This document shows, in pieces, positions 43,738 through 57,119 of a stretch of 64,000 nucleotides of DNA. Made by a program: the position numbers and the translations under genes. Every line of letters begins with the position of its first letter. The first letter of the stretch is position 1. Source of the stretch: Rhizophagus irregularis. Taxonomy: Eukaryota. Under the pieces are notes generated by a model, which had not been told where the DNA came from, did no database searches, and saw nothing but the letters and a program-made list of their open reading frames with translations. The stretch spans positions 4,588,001 through 4,652,000 of the forward strand of contig NC_089434.1 of NCBI RefSeq assembly GCF_026210795.1. Reading direction: 5' to 3'.

Positions 43738-46700
43738 AATAAAGAATTTAAAAAACATATTATAACTTGCCAGTATATTAAAGTTACGGCAAGAAAAATA
43801 TATAAGAAGTAAAAGTTTGGGAAGTGTTTTTAAAAAGATCAAAACACATAATGTCCCGTGGGACAAGATATGTTGTATAAATATCGTTTCATGTTTTGTA
43901 TGTTACACGATATAGTAGTTGTTTTACGAATTTTTCCGATACATCACATTTTTCTCGCGTAATATAAATGATTATTTAGTAGCAATAAAAATTTATTCGG
44001 TGGCTTAGAAATTTTGTTGATCGCAATAATTGTCAGACTTCATGGAAATCGCGTAAAGTTCAAAATTTCTCTTTTAATTTGATCTTCGTCGTCTTAATTT
44101 GTCGTCTTAATTTATTAAACATTCATACTTTCACTATCTCTCTATGATTATGTGATATGTAGATGGTCATCCTGTTAGGCAGCAACGTATGAAAATTTGC
44201 TAATATCACTACTATGACTGTTATTACAGCAGTGCTGGCAATACACAAAGAAATCTGCCTTCTGATGATATTATTGATATAGATTGTATTAATTTAGGAG
44301 ATAATACTTCAAATATCTATTAGGGAAAATGGAAAGGAAAAAGGAATTTTTCATAACTTTAGTTACAGCATAGATTTGATCGAAATGACGTTCTAAATCA
44401 CAAGCACACAGTGATACAGCTCATAGGATACACTTCTCTAAAGAATTTAAGTTGCTGTTCGCATTCCAAGATTGGATATAGCTTTGTCTTTTATGAAACC
44501 ATCGACGGTCTAATGGGAATGACTTGGGCAGGCCAATGCGATTTCTGATGAATGTAAGAAGGCACTCTTCTTAATTGCAAGATCGTCGCATTCACTGCGC
44601 TCGCCGAAACTGTTGAAAGGTTACCAGATGAGCACGTGTATTCCACATTTGGTGTGATGATACTTGCCGAGTAACGTAAAAAAATATTTATATCACTCAA
44701 TCTCAAACTGATAATCTCATATTACTTTCTCGTAAGGACAAAAGGTATTAATTTTTTTATCCGAAGCTAGAGTTTTGTATTGCTATGTTGTACTGTTTGT
44801 GATTATTTATTAGAATTGTTCAACCACCTTATTTATTTAAAAGAAATATGGCGTCCACCGAAATTCAGAAATTCAGATGTTAAATTTTGAGAAGCAGTAG
44901 AGGGAGTGGCCCAAAAGAAAGTAGAGGAGATTAAAAATAAATTGAAAGAGACGAAAGTTAATCAATAACCATGTCTTTACGTTTGATAAATCGACCAAAC
45001 CCGCAATCATATATAATATGGATTAGATATTGAACATATAAAGACCGATGGAATCCATTTTAGCAACAGACACATGTTATAGCTGATAGTGAGATTATCA
45101 TTATCAGCGTTCTTGTTATGGCGCTTAAGACAAATACGTAACGTTATTTTTCCGGTGGTGCGTATTGCTCTTCTGGAAGTTACAATGATTGGAAATGTTA
45201 TAGCTGATACAAGTGGATAATAAAAGAAACGAGAATAACTTAACAAGCAAAGAATCGGAGCCACAGGAAAATTTCGAATCACGGATCGAAGGAAATGATC
45301 TCAAATATAACGAGGAAGATAGACTTGTTAGGCATATTCTATAGTAATTGATAATAAGAAAGAAAGTTGTGAAGGAAGTAATTTTTTTTGGATAATAATA
45401 TATAATATACATTAATTCCAGAATTCAAATTAATGTCGATATGGTTAATTTAATTGGGAATAAAGAATATTTTAAAATAAAATCTTTTTTATTAGAATAG
45501 ATCTTAGAACCTTATAGTGATTTGAGTTCATCATAAAAGAGCGTCTGAAGTTAATGAGCTCAGATTATTTGTATAGTAGAAAAATGTTATAACGTGGTGA
45601 GTGATCGGTATTTAACTTATTTAAAATGATTTAATTTCTCAATGTAACGTTTTGCTGATTTAGTATTCTTTATAAAAATACATGTTAAATTGGCCAGAAT
45701 TGGAACATTATTTATGGCTTCTTTTCTAATAATTGAAAAATCTGGCAAGAACATTACATTAGTTAAACAATTAAAAGTAAAATAATATCAAATAAATGTC
45801 CCCGCTTATTATATACAAATTATTTAATTATTGCGCGTTCCGATCAATATACCTAAATTGAGAGTATCAATTAAATGAAGACGGGTTCTCAAATATGCTG
45901 TCGGATTTTGTTAGCAGCATTCAAAGTACGTATACTGAAAGAGATATATAAATTAGTTAGACTATTTGGCGTATACCACTTAAAATAATTTTATTAGATT
46001 TTATGTTTTGTAAATTTAAAAATATGAATATACTTTGATTTTAAGAATTCTGTTCTCTAATTTTTTTGGTTCAGTTCTAAATTTGTTTTTATATTTATAG
46101 AAAACAAAAGTGTGAAGGAGAAAGACCATGAAAGTCCAGTTATCGGCGTAGTCGAGATTTTTAAATTGTGTATCTTATTGTTCAGAAGGTTGCGAACAAT
46201 TATCGATAGAGATTTAGATGATGCTATAAAGATTTTTTTACTTGATCTATTATTTAGGTGTATAGAAACAGAACTTATGTTCCACCAGTTCTATATTTTT
46301 TATGATTTAAGGTATCGTTGTATATTTACAAGTAAGAGAAATTTTTCATTAAATTGTATTGTATTATTTATGGATTACTTTAATAATTTTTCATTAGTAA
46401 TAATTGTTTAATTTCCAAATTATCTTTTAAATTTATTATAGAAATTGCTTCATAACTTGAAATACATCATCTATCATTTGGGTCAAATAGTGTTACTGTT
46501 GAATTTCAATTATAGCAACAAATACTTTCAAGAATGGCATCAATGCATCTTTTTTTTTTATACTCAATCTTCTATGACTGGTGCTTATCTCTTAACATGC
46601 ATAATATCAATTCAATACTCTAGCGCCAATAGACGATGCTGTAGCTTTTTTCATCAAATTTAACGTGTAAATCATAAAGAAATACAACCAGGTATTTGAA

Positions 46701-47519
46701 AGGTCCTTATATTTATCTTTTAGCATAGGTAATTATTTTCTATTATTTAAATAGATATATTATTTGATTTATTAATATGATATTATTATGTTTTTATATT
46801 ATTTTAATAGTAATGGTTGTTTAATAAATCTAATTGTACGAATTCATATAAACGATCTTTATTACAATAACCACTCGGTTATCAAACATAATAAAGATTT
46901 ATTTTAATCAAGAAAATCTTAGACTCTTTCCCGAAATTAACCCTTGTTCAGATACAATTCGGAAATTGAGTGCTCATATAACACTTCCAACCGATCTTGT
47001 AAACAATAGTCACGTATAATTTTCGTACGTGAAAATCTAAGAACAAATGAAAAGAATAAAATATGAACTTTGATCGTAATTTTCAGGAATTTTTTTATTT
47101 AATATAAATTAAGTAAAGAATAAAATCTTTTATAATATGAATTGATAAAATAAAAAAAAGGGGGATTGCTAGTGTCATAATTCTAAAGTATCATCTCAAA
47201 ATAAATTATAACCTAATATGCCTTATATGCCTTAAATTTAAACCATAATTTTATATAATTATTAATAAAATTTTATAATTACGCCTTTACTCTTTGTACT
47301 TTTATCACCAACTTTTACGTGATTCATCATAATAATAAATAAATTTAATTCATAAAATGATTTTAAACCATTTACTGAGAAATAAATATGAAAAACTGGT
47401 CTATTACTGGTATCTCTATTCCAATGAAACCACCAATCATTAGTATTTCAATTAATTGTTACTTTAATTTCTCTTTGATCCGCCATTGAAATCTTTCGCC
47501 GCATCGTTTTAGATACTTT

Positions 47520-47760
47520 GGCCTGATAAATTTTTAAAATGTTTTTACCAGACTTTTCAATTATTAATCCTTAAATACTACTTGGTAAAGATGTAGCTTC
47601 AAAGCATTGAGGGTTTTATCTAAACATTTTCCCCATCGTTCTCAGTCTACATCCTCATCAATATCATTATTAATAATCTCCAAATATTGTAGATTTATTA
47701 AACTTGAAAATGAATAAATGTGATAAGTGTGATCATAAATTTTTTTAATGTGGCAGACTT
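47520..47760 (-). pseudogene. Fragment of an F-box/LRR paralog
   Basis: Collinear with ~34945-35240 (ATGTAGCTTCAAAGCATTGA; ATCATTATTAATAATCTCCAAAT.TTGTAGATTTATTAAA) with internal deletions. Confidence 0.75.
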
Positions 47761-48442
47761 TACTCAAATAGTTTTTTAATTCTCATTGGTACTGGGTAAG
47801 TACATATCAATATTTTTGCTTGTTTTGAGTATCTCTTGCAATAATTTGATCATATCTGTCTTAAAGGATGTTTCGTAACTTTAGAGTTTAGATTTTATTC
47901 GTTAAAGATGATTTGAAAGCTCTCTTCATTTTTAAAGTTAAGTTACTTGAGAGTTCGAATACTATTGCCAATACAACGCTCCCAATATTCTGTTGGTGTT
48001 ATTTACGTCGTTATTTGCAATTTGCTACGTAATGGACGCTTCAACAAGCCCTAATCAAAATCTAACCTCGTAAAAATTTCTACGATGGCGACGCGGCTCT
48101 TGACTCAAGTTAAACTTGGAGTCTTGGACGAACCGAATCGAGTTTAAAATCGATTCAGGTCAGAGACTTATGTAGATTTACAATAATCATATGACAATAG
48201 GTTGGTTTACTTCATTTACCACAAATTATAATTTTATATATTGGGATCGACTTTATACTGTTTAAGAAACATAGATAGTAATCATCAAATTTTTATTTCA
48301 TATACTTTATTTGTAAATTTGAATTTTTATTAGCCAGATTTTTACGCTATAAAGTATAAACGTAGCAGTAATTCATCTCCAAACTAAAAAATAAAATCAA
48401 TTTTAATATATTGTTTACTTGACCGATTATTTTTTTCGTATA

Positions 48443-48640
48443 TAGTCAACTATCCATAAATGTACCCTCTATAAATGCATTCATTAATCCCATTATGTAT
48501 ACCCTCCTTAAATGCACCCTCTGGTTCGGACCCAAACTCTAATTGTTTACTCTTTATAAATGTACACCCTCTCTAAATGCATTATTACAAAAATTATGTA
48601 TATGGTCCCGAGGGGGGATGAATTTATAGTGAGTTGATTG
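48443..48640. mobile_element. Tc1/mariner-type MITE, family A
   Basis: TA-flanked TAGTCAACT...AGTTGATTG; same internal AAATGCACCC repeats. Confidence 0.75.
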
Positions 48641-48724
48641 TAATTACTAACTGATCTTAGATTTTTTAATGATATTAGTGCACTTTTAAAGCGCATTATT
48701 CTCAAATCGTTAATTTCACAATTA

Positions 48725-48903
48725 CAGTCAGACCTCTATAATTGCACTCTCCATAATTGCACCCACTGCACCCTCTGGTTCGGTTCCAAGCTTATATGAT
48801 CTCTAATTATTTTACCTCTATAAATGCACACCCTCTTTAAATGCACTATTTTGAAAATTATGCATATGGTCCCAAGGGGTGTGCAATTATGGAGGTCTGA
48901 CTG
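48725..48903. mobile_element. Tc1/mariner-type MITE, family A
   Basis: TIR CAGTCAGACCTCTATAATTGCAC / GTGCAATTATGGAGGTCTGACTG; TA TSD. Confidence 0.9.
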
Positions 48904-51759
48904 TAGTTGGATATAAATTTAAAATAGCTTAAAATATCACTTGATTCAACAACGTATTATACCACTTAATCCCATATGAAGTTCTTATTTTCAAATGATA
49001 TACTTTACCCTTCAAAAGTTCAATCTAATACTGTATAAGAAGGAATTTGTGCTTAGTAGATATGGGTATGTTAAAAAAATGCGAGATTCTAAAAATTCAA
49101 AATTATATAGACGCGGATTTTATGTGTATACACCTACTTATACTGTATATTGATCGACGAAAAACTTTTTTATAGGGGATCGCAACCGGTTAAGAATCGA
49201 AACGTTGATACGAAAATTTATTACCAAAAACCAATCGATCAAGAGATTTGGGAGCTATGTATTTTAAATAGTCCTTTTGTTCTTTCCCTTTCTTCTCATA
49301 CTCCGGATGGACCTATGCAAGAATTTTTAAGTTTAGACAGTATTAGATATTAAAATTAAAACGTTTAATTAATAATGTGTTGAATTTTATCTGTAATAAT
49401 GAATCTTAATTCTCAATTGATTGTTATATGTGTATATGAGATGAAATTTTTTTTAATGATAATAATTTTATTACAGAGAATTTCGTGTTACATCAACCTC
49501 TTTTATTCTTATGATTTATCATGTTTTTAATGTTTAATACTTTCACGTAGATCCTCTAAATTTTATACTACGAAATCATTCCTATTTGTCATATTTATCG
49601 GTAATTAAACACGGTGGATAAATTTAAAAAATACTTTCTCTAAGAAATTATCGTAATAAAATATGCTGAATAATTCTTATCATATAGTATAATATATTTA
49701 TCATGCAATCTCCGATCTTGATAGAAGGTGGGATTAAAATATTGATTACAACACGTTAATTATTTATAAAATCAAAACATTTATAGCATGATCTTGAGTG
49801 GTATGCATAAAAATATATTTATTAAATGGGAGGGTAACATAACATAACAGTTAATAGTGGGACAATAGTCTCTTATTGACAGATATTTTTACCCTCCCAC
49901 TCAATTCGTTGAAATGGAGTTCGTTTCTGTTACATTTAGAATAATCTTTTTTAATAATAACTTTACTTATCGGGAAACTTATTCTCCTACGAAATTCTTT
50001 ATTATTTTCTCAATGAATTAACTTATTTTGGGATTTCCGTTTTGCCGTCTTCCCCCTTTTCTAATAACTTTATTGATATGATACCTTTGTATTGTACATA
50101 TTAGATTTCTTTGTATTGTACATATAAGATTATCTTTTGTTAATTGATACAATATATGATTGTGTATGAAACTTGTTTCATGAGAGAATAATCTGTTTTT
50201 GCTTATCAGAAACGTTCAAACGAAATTATTTTTCTCAATGAACTTAACTTATTTGGGGTTTCTTCCGAGAATTCCCTATCCCCTTTCTATTAAAACTCAT
50301 ATTTTTTTCTAGATTGATAAAGGAGAACCACGCACAAAATACAAAATTTTAATTAATTACATTTTAATAATTTTATTGATAAGAATTTTTACATCATTTA
50401 CATATGAACTTTACATTTGATAGAAAAGTTAATGAACAAAAAAAGTTAGTGTTAAACAAAAGAATTCGCGTCAATAAAAAAACTTTTTTTTTTCTAAAGT
50501 AGGTTGGCGTTTTGTTTTTATTAAAAAAAAAAAAAAATTAATAATTACGATTAAAAAAATCGATATCGCGTGAATAAAGTGTGTGCATTTGTGATATTCC
50601 AGAGGACGCATTTATTTATTTATGATTGCCAGAGGACAAATGTGATATTCCAGAGGGTATCCATTTCGTTTTTTTTTTGTTTTTCGTTTTTATTTAATTC
50701 CGATAGCTTGGAACTTGGATTTGAATTTGAATTTAATCCGTTCGAACTTGAGGTAACTTTAAATTTTGAATCACATAACGATAAAAACAAGAACATCTCG
50801 TTTAATAATTAAAGACATGTTAAATATATTTATGAACGTAGTTGAAAATTTCATCTAAAGAAACGTATATTGTATAATTGTAATATATATAATGTAACAA
50901 TATAAATCTAATAGAATGACTGAATGAGAATGTACTGATAAAGCCTAGATAACCAACCTTACATGAACGAGATAATAAAAATAAGAAATGTTTCGGGTGA
51001 CCCGATAATCTTCAAAGTATAATCTTTAAAGTATATCAGTATATATAATGTAATTATCACATCAGTGTTTTTTACGTATATATAGAGCTGCTCCCGTCCA
51101 TGGAATTGATACTTCAGACGCTTTATAACATTACTTCAATTTTTCAAGCGTCGTATTAATGATGAAATTTTTAAGCCAACAGGTAAAAACAAACATTATA
51201 ATAAATAATAATTTATCAATATTTCTTTATCCAAAAAAAAAATATATATTTATAATTTTCTTTTTTTCTTTTTTTTTTTTTTATTTACAGACGGGCTCTA
51301 AAGTCTAAATACTCTCCTTTATTCGATTCGAGACCACAAAAAACTTGGAGGTAAGTATTGATTTAATAATCGTAATAATTATGATATCAAAATTATCAAA
51401 ATTCTTACCTTCATCTCGCATTTCTTTACCAGTAAATCCAAATGCTATTCAACGAATATTTAAAAAATACAGATACTTTCTTCGACGATCCGGCACACTT
51501 AATTTATTTTCGACGATCTGATTCACTCAATTTATTCATTTATTCGAAATTGAGTAACGAATTTATATAACACAATTATTTACCGTAATGACAGTTTTTT
51601 TTTATTTAATCGAATTATTTCGATAAAACATCGATTTTAAGAACTCTTTTTACCCTTGCTACAATTGTTTTTTTGCTTTTTAATAAATTTAAATAAAAGT
51701 CTAAAATTATGTGAATTTTAATTTGAATTTGTTTGCAAATTTTTATCTTTAATAAAATT

Positions 51760-52290
51760 TATGCGTTTGAATCGCGAAATTTGATAAAATTCCAAAATTT
51801 TATTTTTCTTTTTAAGTCAATTATAAGTCAATTAATAAGTCAATTGTTATAAGTTATTATTAAAACGATAAAAATATTATCAATAAATTCCCAATATTTC
51901 ATGGTTTAATGTTTGAACCGCGAAATTTTGATAAAATTCAAAAAAAAAAAAAAATTTTATTTTTCCTTTAAGTCAAATTGTAAGTCAATTGTCAATTAAC
52001 TCTATCAGTTAATTATTATTACAACGATAAAAAATTTTCCCAATGTTCATGGTTTATTATTCTACGTTTGAATCGCGAAATTTCGAAAAATAAAAATATT
52101 TTTATTTTTCCTTTAATATTATTAAAGATAAAAAATATATCAATAAATATCTTACGTTTGAATCGCGAAATTTTGATAAAATTCCAAAAAAAATATTTTT
52201 ATTTTTCCTAAAGTCAATTGTTAATTAGTTATTATTACAACGATAAAAAAATATATCAATGAATTCCAAATATTCATGTTCTATTTTACG
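51760..52290. repeat. Diverged tandem repeat, four units of 90-150 bp
   Basis: GTTTGAA(T/C)CGCGAAATTT at ~51765, 51911, 52066 and 52156, each followed by similar TTTTATTTTTC...ACGATAAAAA text. Confidence 0.8.
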
Positions 52291-54069
52291 ATCATCAACT
52301 CATCATTGAAAAAAAAAAAGAATTTTTGATGCCAAGTTTTTTAAGTGACAAGTGATTATTAAAAAAACAAGGAACTATTCGGAATTCGGAGATTAGATGC
52401 ACCTGACGCCCCGTGCATTCGGTAATACCTTCTTTTTTGAACAAATAGATCCGATAATAAAAAATATCTGCTGCAAAACAAAGTTTGAATGAATCCATCT
52501 ATTTCTATTTTTAAAAATGAAACCGAAAATGTCAATTTTTCTTTTTGATAAGAAACCTAATTTTTTTTTTTAAAAAAAAAATTTTAGATAAAGAATGTTT
52601 TTCTTTTTACTCCCCATTTCTAGAAATTCATCGTAAAAAAAGGAAAGGGGGCTCATGCGTGTGTAAATTTTTAATAATGATTATTAAATGGTTCAAAAAA
52701 AATAATAAATAAATAAATAATTTAGTTCGGCAAAACAAAGTCAATTGAAATAATAATTAGAGTTTAGTACAAAAAAAAAGCCTCTGGGAATTTTTTATCC
52801 TTGATTTTTATTAATCTGGAACAATCATTTCCAAAAAATTTATTTCTGAAACAATATTAAGAAACAATATAAATTGGTCACACATTTTCCAAATCACATG
52901 TTTAACTAAAAGTCGTCTGAAAAAAATTTTAAAATGAGTATATTTTTGTATATTTTGCCGGAGTATATGCATAATATTTTTGTTAAACTTGATCACGTGG
53001 ATGAAATTTCACTGTACGTTTAACTAACCAAATTTAAATTTTAAAAAATTTTTTCGCGCAAAAAGTATGATAATAATATCATAATGTTAATTTTGTTTAA
53101 AAACAATTTATTTTTTTCCTTTAATACCCAGGAATATTAATTTTAATTCAATGTTACAAGGAACCCTTACGCATGGATGCATCACGATATCCGTCTCACC
53201 CGGTACAAAAGACAACCAACTGCCATCTCATTATCATGAAATTTCATAACAAAAGGATCCTAATCTCAATAATTGGTTTACCCGATTGTTATACAAATAT
53301 TAATAATTAGATACCACATTACAATTTTTGTTAATCTTTTTTTTTAGGTACTTTCCCATTACCTAATCTGGTTCCATATAACTTGTCTGGCAATACCTAC
53401 GGAAAAAGAAAAAAAGTAACATTAAAAATATTACTACAAAAAACATAAAAAAAATACTTCCCTTCCCATTTACCTTTTACTCAATTTCAGGATACATCTG
53501 CTTGATTTTCTACATTAGTAGTTATATTTTTTATAAAGTTTATGTAATATCTTTAATCCTACTTAGCTAAAAATGAATATTTTTTGAAATGTTATATTGT
53601 AATGATATTTTAATATTTTTATAATACTTATATAATTGCAATATTATTTTGTAATAACTAATAAATGTCAGTATTTTTAACATCTTGTAATCTATATTAT
53701 AAAGGATTAGGAAAAATATTTTAAAACTATTTTAAAGATAAATTGAATTTGCAATGTATTTTGTGATATATATATCATTATGATCTAAAATAAATTATAA
53801 AAATATTACAATTTAAAAATTATTTAATGATTTTACAATGCATCTTGTAATGTATTTTATTATATATTAAAAGTATTGCAAATTATTTTATATAAAAAGC
53901 ATTTTGAAATAATAATTATTATTATTTTAATATTATTACTAACTTTTTAATATTACATTAAATTCATTACAAGTTATATAAATAAATCAATTGAATAACC
54001 AATTTTTTCAGAATTTATCAATTTATATAACTATTAATATTTAAATCACTTGCTAATATTGTTCTCAAC

Positions 54070-54509
54070 AAACAAGATGATGATTCCAAGGTATCTCAGA
54101 AGAATACTAATACAACTAAGTTGGACAAGAAATATAAGGAGACTAAGCGAGCCAAGAAAATTGTCAAGAGCTTAGACGGCATTGACAAACTAACTGTTTT
54201 AGCTGATATTAGATTGATGCTAAGAAAATTAGGAGTATCTTGAGGAATTCTGTACAGAATGATCAGTGGAGCCTAGTTTTAGGAGTGTAATAGTTGTAGG
54301 GTGGTTTTGTTGTCAACTTTAACCTTTATATTTTCATTTTGTTTTTTTTTATTATTCGCTTTATTTCTTTTTTTGATGCGTAGTATCATTTGACACAAGT
54401 GTACCTGGACATTCTCATTGGAATGGAGGATCCTCATCTATTTGATTCCTGTACAGTTCAATATTTTAATAGGGTTTTGACCAGTTATACTATAAATAAA
54501 AAAAAAAAA
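54070..54509 (+). mobile_element. 5'-truncated poly(A) retroposon with 15-bp TSD
   Basis: TSD AATATTGTTCTCAAC at 54055-54069 and 54510-54524; AATAAA then poly(A); open frame to TGA at 54243 (...KLTVLADIRLMLRKLGVS). Confidence 0.88.
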
Positions 54510-55230
54510 AATATTGTTCTCAACTATTTTCAAAAATAATATGCATATTTGCAGTAATATGATTAAGATTATGCAAATCTGTTAATATTGCACTTCACCA
54601 TCCAATTTGTTTATTTTTTTTTGGTATTGAAATAAATAATACGACCAATATTTTTTTGTACAAAGTAATAACAGACTATAATTAAAACTACTTCTAATAA
54701 ATAGTTTTTTAATGCAATCTAAAAGGTATGATTTTCAAACAAATGATTTCTTTTAAATTGTTTTAATTGTAGTTTAAAATTAAAAGACTTTAATAATATT
54801 AACATAATGGACATCCCTATTTTATCATAATTTTGTCAATTATTTATTAATTATTTGTTTGATCTTATCACATAATATAAATGTCACCTATTATTTTTTA
54901 ACAGGAAAAATTTTACTTAATACATAAAAAAAAAATATAAAATAAATAATTTACTTTTGTATTTTCAAAATCTAAAATCTAAATAAAAAAAATTTATTTT
55001 TTTATTTTTTTTATTAAAAATTCATTAATAACAAATAATTATAAATTCTCTATAAGCAAAAAACCTATATTATAGTCTGAAACCCTATATTATTTTTTTT
55101 AATAAATTATATAATAAAAGAAATATTTATGCAAAATTTTAAGTTTTGGTTTTGCATATTTGACTCTGCTGACCATCAATTTTTGTCCAATGATCAGCCA
55201 AAATTTCAAATTATAAAAATTAAAGAATTA

Positions 55231-55409
55231 CCGTATTTTATCAAAAATAAGCACCCTTCAAAAATAAGCATCCCCATAAACTTTTCAAAATTTTTTATGC
55301 AAAAGTTATATATATTTCTAATAAAAATAATATCAAAAATAAGCACCACTCCAAATTTTTCGTCCAAAACTCTTGCAAAATGGGGGTGCTTAATTTCAAT
55401 AAAATACGG
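55231..55409. mobile_element. Tc1/mariner/pogo-type MITE
   Basis: TIR CCGTATTTTATCAAAAATAAGCACC / GGTGCTTAATTTCAATAAAATACGG; TA TSD. Confidence 0.85.
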
Positions 55410-55706
55410 TATATTAAATTATGTAATTAAGTTATGTAACAATTAAAGTATCACACTTTTGATTTATTTTATTTAGAAATTTAATATTGATATAGTTGAA
55501 GACATTATTATAGGGATTTTATAATAAGTAATTATTAAACTTTTTTTATGAAATTATCTTTGTAAAAGAACTCTGACTGCTGATTGCATAGACCATTTTT
55601 TTTATAAAAAAAATAATGGCTTTCAACAACAATAATATTCATATATGCTTGAATAAGCATAAGAAGTACTATGCAATATTATGGAAAAAGAGTTCATTGC
55701 TATTAT

Positions 55707-56546
55707 TAGAGTTCTGAATTGATCTGAAATATTTTTTCAGATTAGATCAGGTCAGGTTATATCAGATTATCTGTTTGACCTGACCTGAACTGAATCCTAA
55801 AACCTGAAAATTTTCAGGATTTTTATTAAAATATCAAAAAAAAAAATGGTACAAAACATTTTTTTTGAAATATTATGATTCACTTTTTTATATTGAAATC
55901 ATATAAAAAGTGAATCACAATACCGCAACTAATTTTTTTTACATAAAAAAGTGAATTTTGATACTACAATTCACTTTTTATATATAGAATTAATATAAAA
56001 AAGTGAATACTAATATTACAACTTACTTTTATTATATAAAACCAATATAAAAAAATGAATCCCAATATTGCAATTCACTTTATTATTTAAAATCAATATA
56101 AAAAGTGAATTATAATACCATAACTTACTTATATTATCTGTTATATACAGTATAATCATATATAGTTTCAGGTCAACAGATCATTCAGATTATATTAATG
56201 TTATAATGCTGAATTGCAATTACTAAACCTAACCTGATAAATTCAGGTCAACCTGTCAGGTTTAAGATTGCTGGAAAAACTAGGGGTTTTGGCAAGTTGG
56301 CGAAATGCCAAAATAGCGAAACTTTGCCGAAATTATATGAAAGTCTTATTAAAAAGTTGGCGAAACTCTGGAGAAAAACGAAACTTGACAAAACTTATTA
56401 TAAATGCCGAAACTGCTAAAACTTTGCCAAAACTATAATAAAACTATAGTAAAATCTTGGAGAAACTAATTGTAGAATTTTGGAGAGGTTTAGGCAGACA
56501 ACCTTAATCAGGTTACCTGAATTTGGTCAACCTGTTTGAAACTTTA
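55707..56546. mobile_element. hAT-type non-autonomous element with nested insertion
   Basis: Ends TAGAGTT / AACTTTA; 8-bp TSD GCTATTAT at 55699-55706 and 56547-56554; ACCTGA/TCAGGT subterminal repeats; internal AAAAAGTGAAT repeats at 55860-56130. Confidence 0.8.
56263..56506. mobile_element. hAT-type MITE nested in the previous element
   Basis: Ends TAAGATTG / CAACCTTA; TSD (G/A)TCAGGTT matching 7 of 8; GCGAAAC/GCCGAAA repeats. Confidence 0.7.
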
Positions 56547-57119
56547 GCTATTATAAAAGTAGTCTTTTAACATCTTGAGAATACTAGCATAATGGGAGTT
56601 TTCCAAACTTTTCAAGACCATTTTAAGCCAGAGATACTGGACTACTTTTAAAAAATCCTTTATAATAACTTCATTAAAGGATATATAAAAGTGGGCTATA
56701 CTACAATTTGATTATCTAGTAAATTATTTTTCTTTAAATGTTGTTTATCATAGATTTATAGTATCTTAAATATTTAATCTGTTAGTAAAAGGATTTGAAA
56801 TAATAGTTATTTTCAATAATTATTATTGAAGTAGTTTTTTTAATAAATTTATTATATAATTTAATAGAATTTTTTAATTAATTTTATTTGATTAAAAATT
56901 TTACATTTTTATGAAAAAAATTAATAATTACAAAGGAAAATTTATATTTTTACTTCAAACAGCAGGTGTGATTATCACTTACCAGAATTATCAATTTTAC
57001 CAGCACTATATTTTTCTAATGTCAGTCAATCATCATAATTTCAGTTACCAGTAATCATCATTCCTGGTGATAGAAAAATTCAAAAATAAAAAATTTTATT
57101 AATTTTTATAAAATATAAT

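Noticed and set aside
44150..44700. Possible kinase or aspartic protease remnant (IY*GKWKG; IDGLMGMTW)
   Set aside because: Motifs too short and disrupted to assign.
51095..51355. Two small exon-like pieces with GT-AG boundaries
   Set aside because: Contain stops and no recognisable product.
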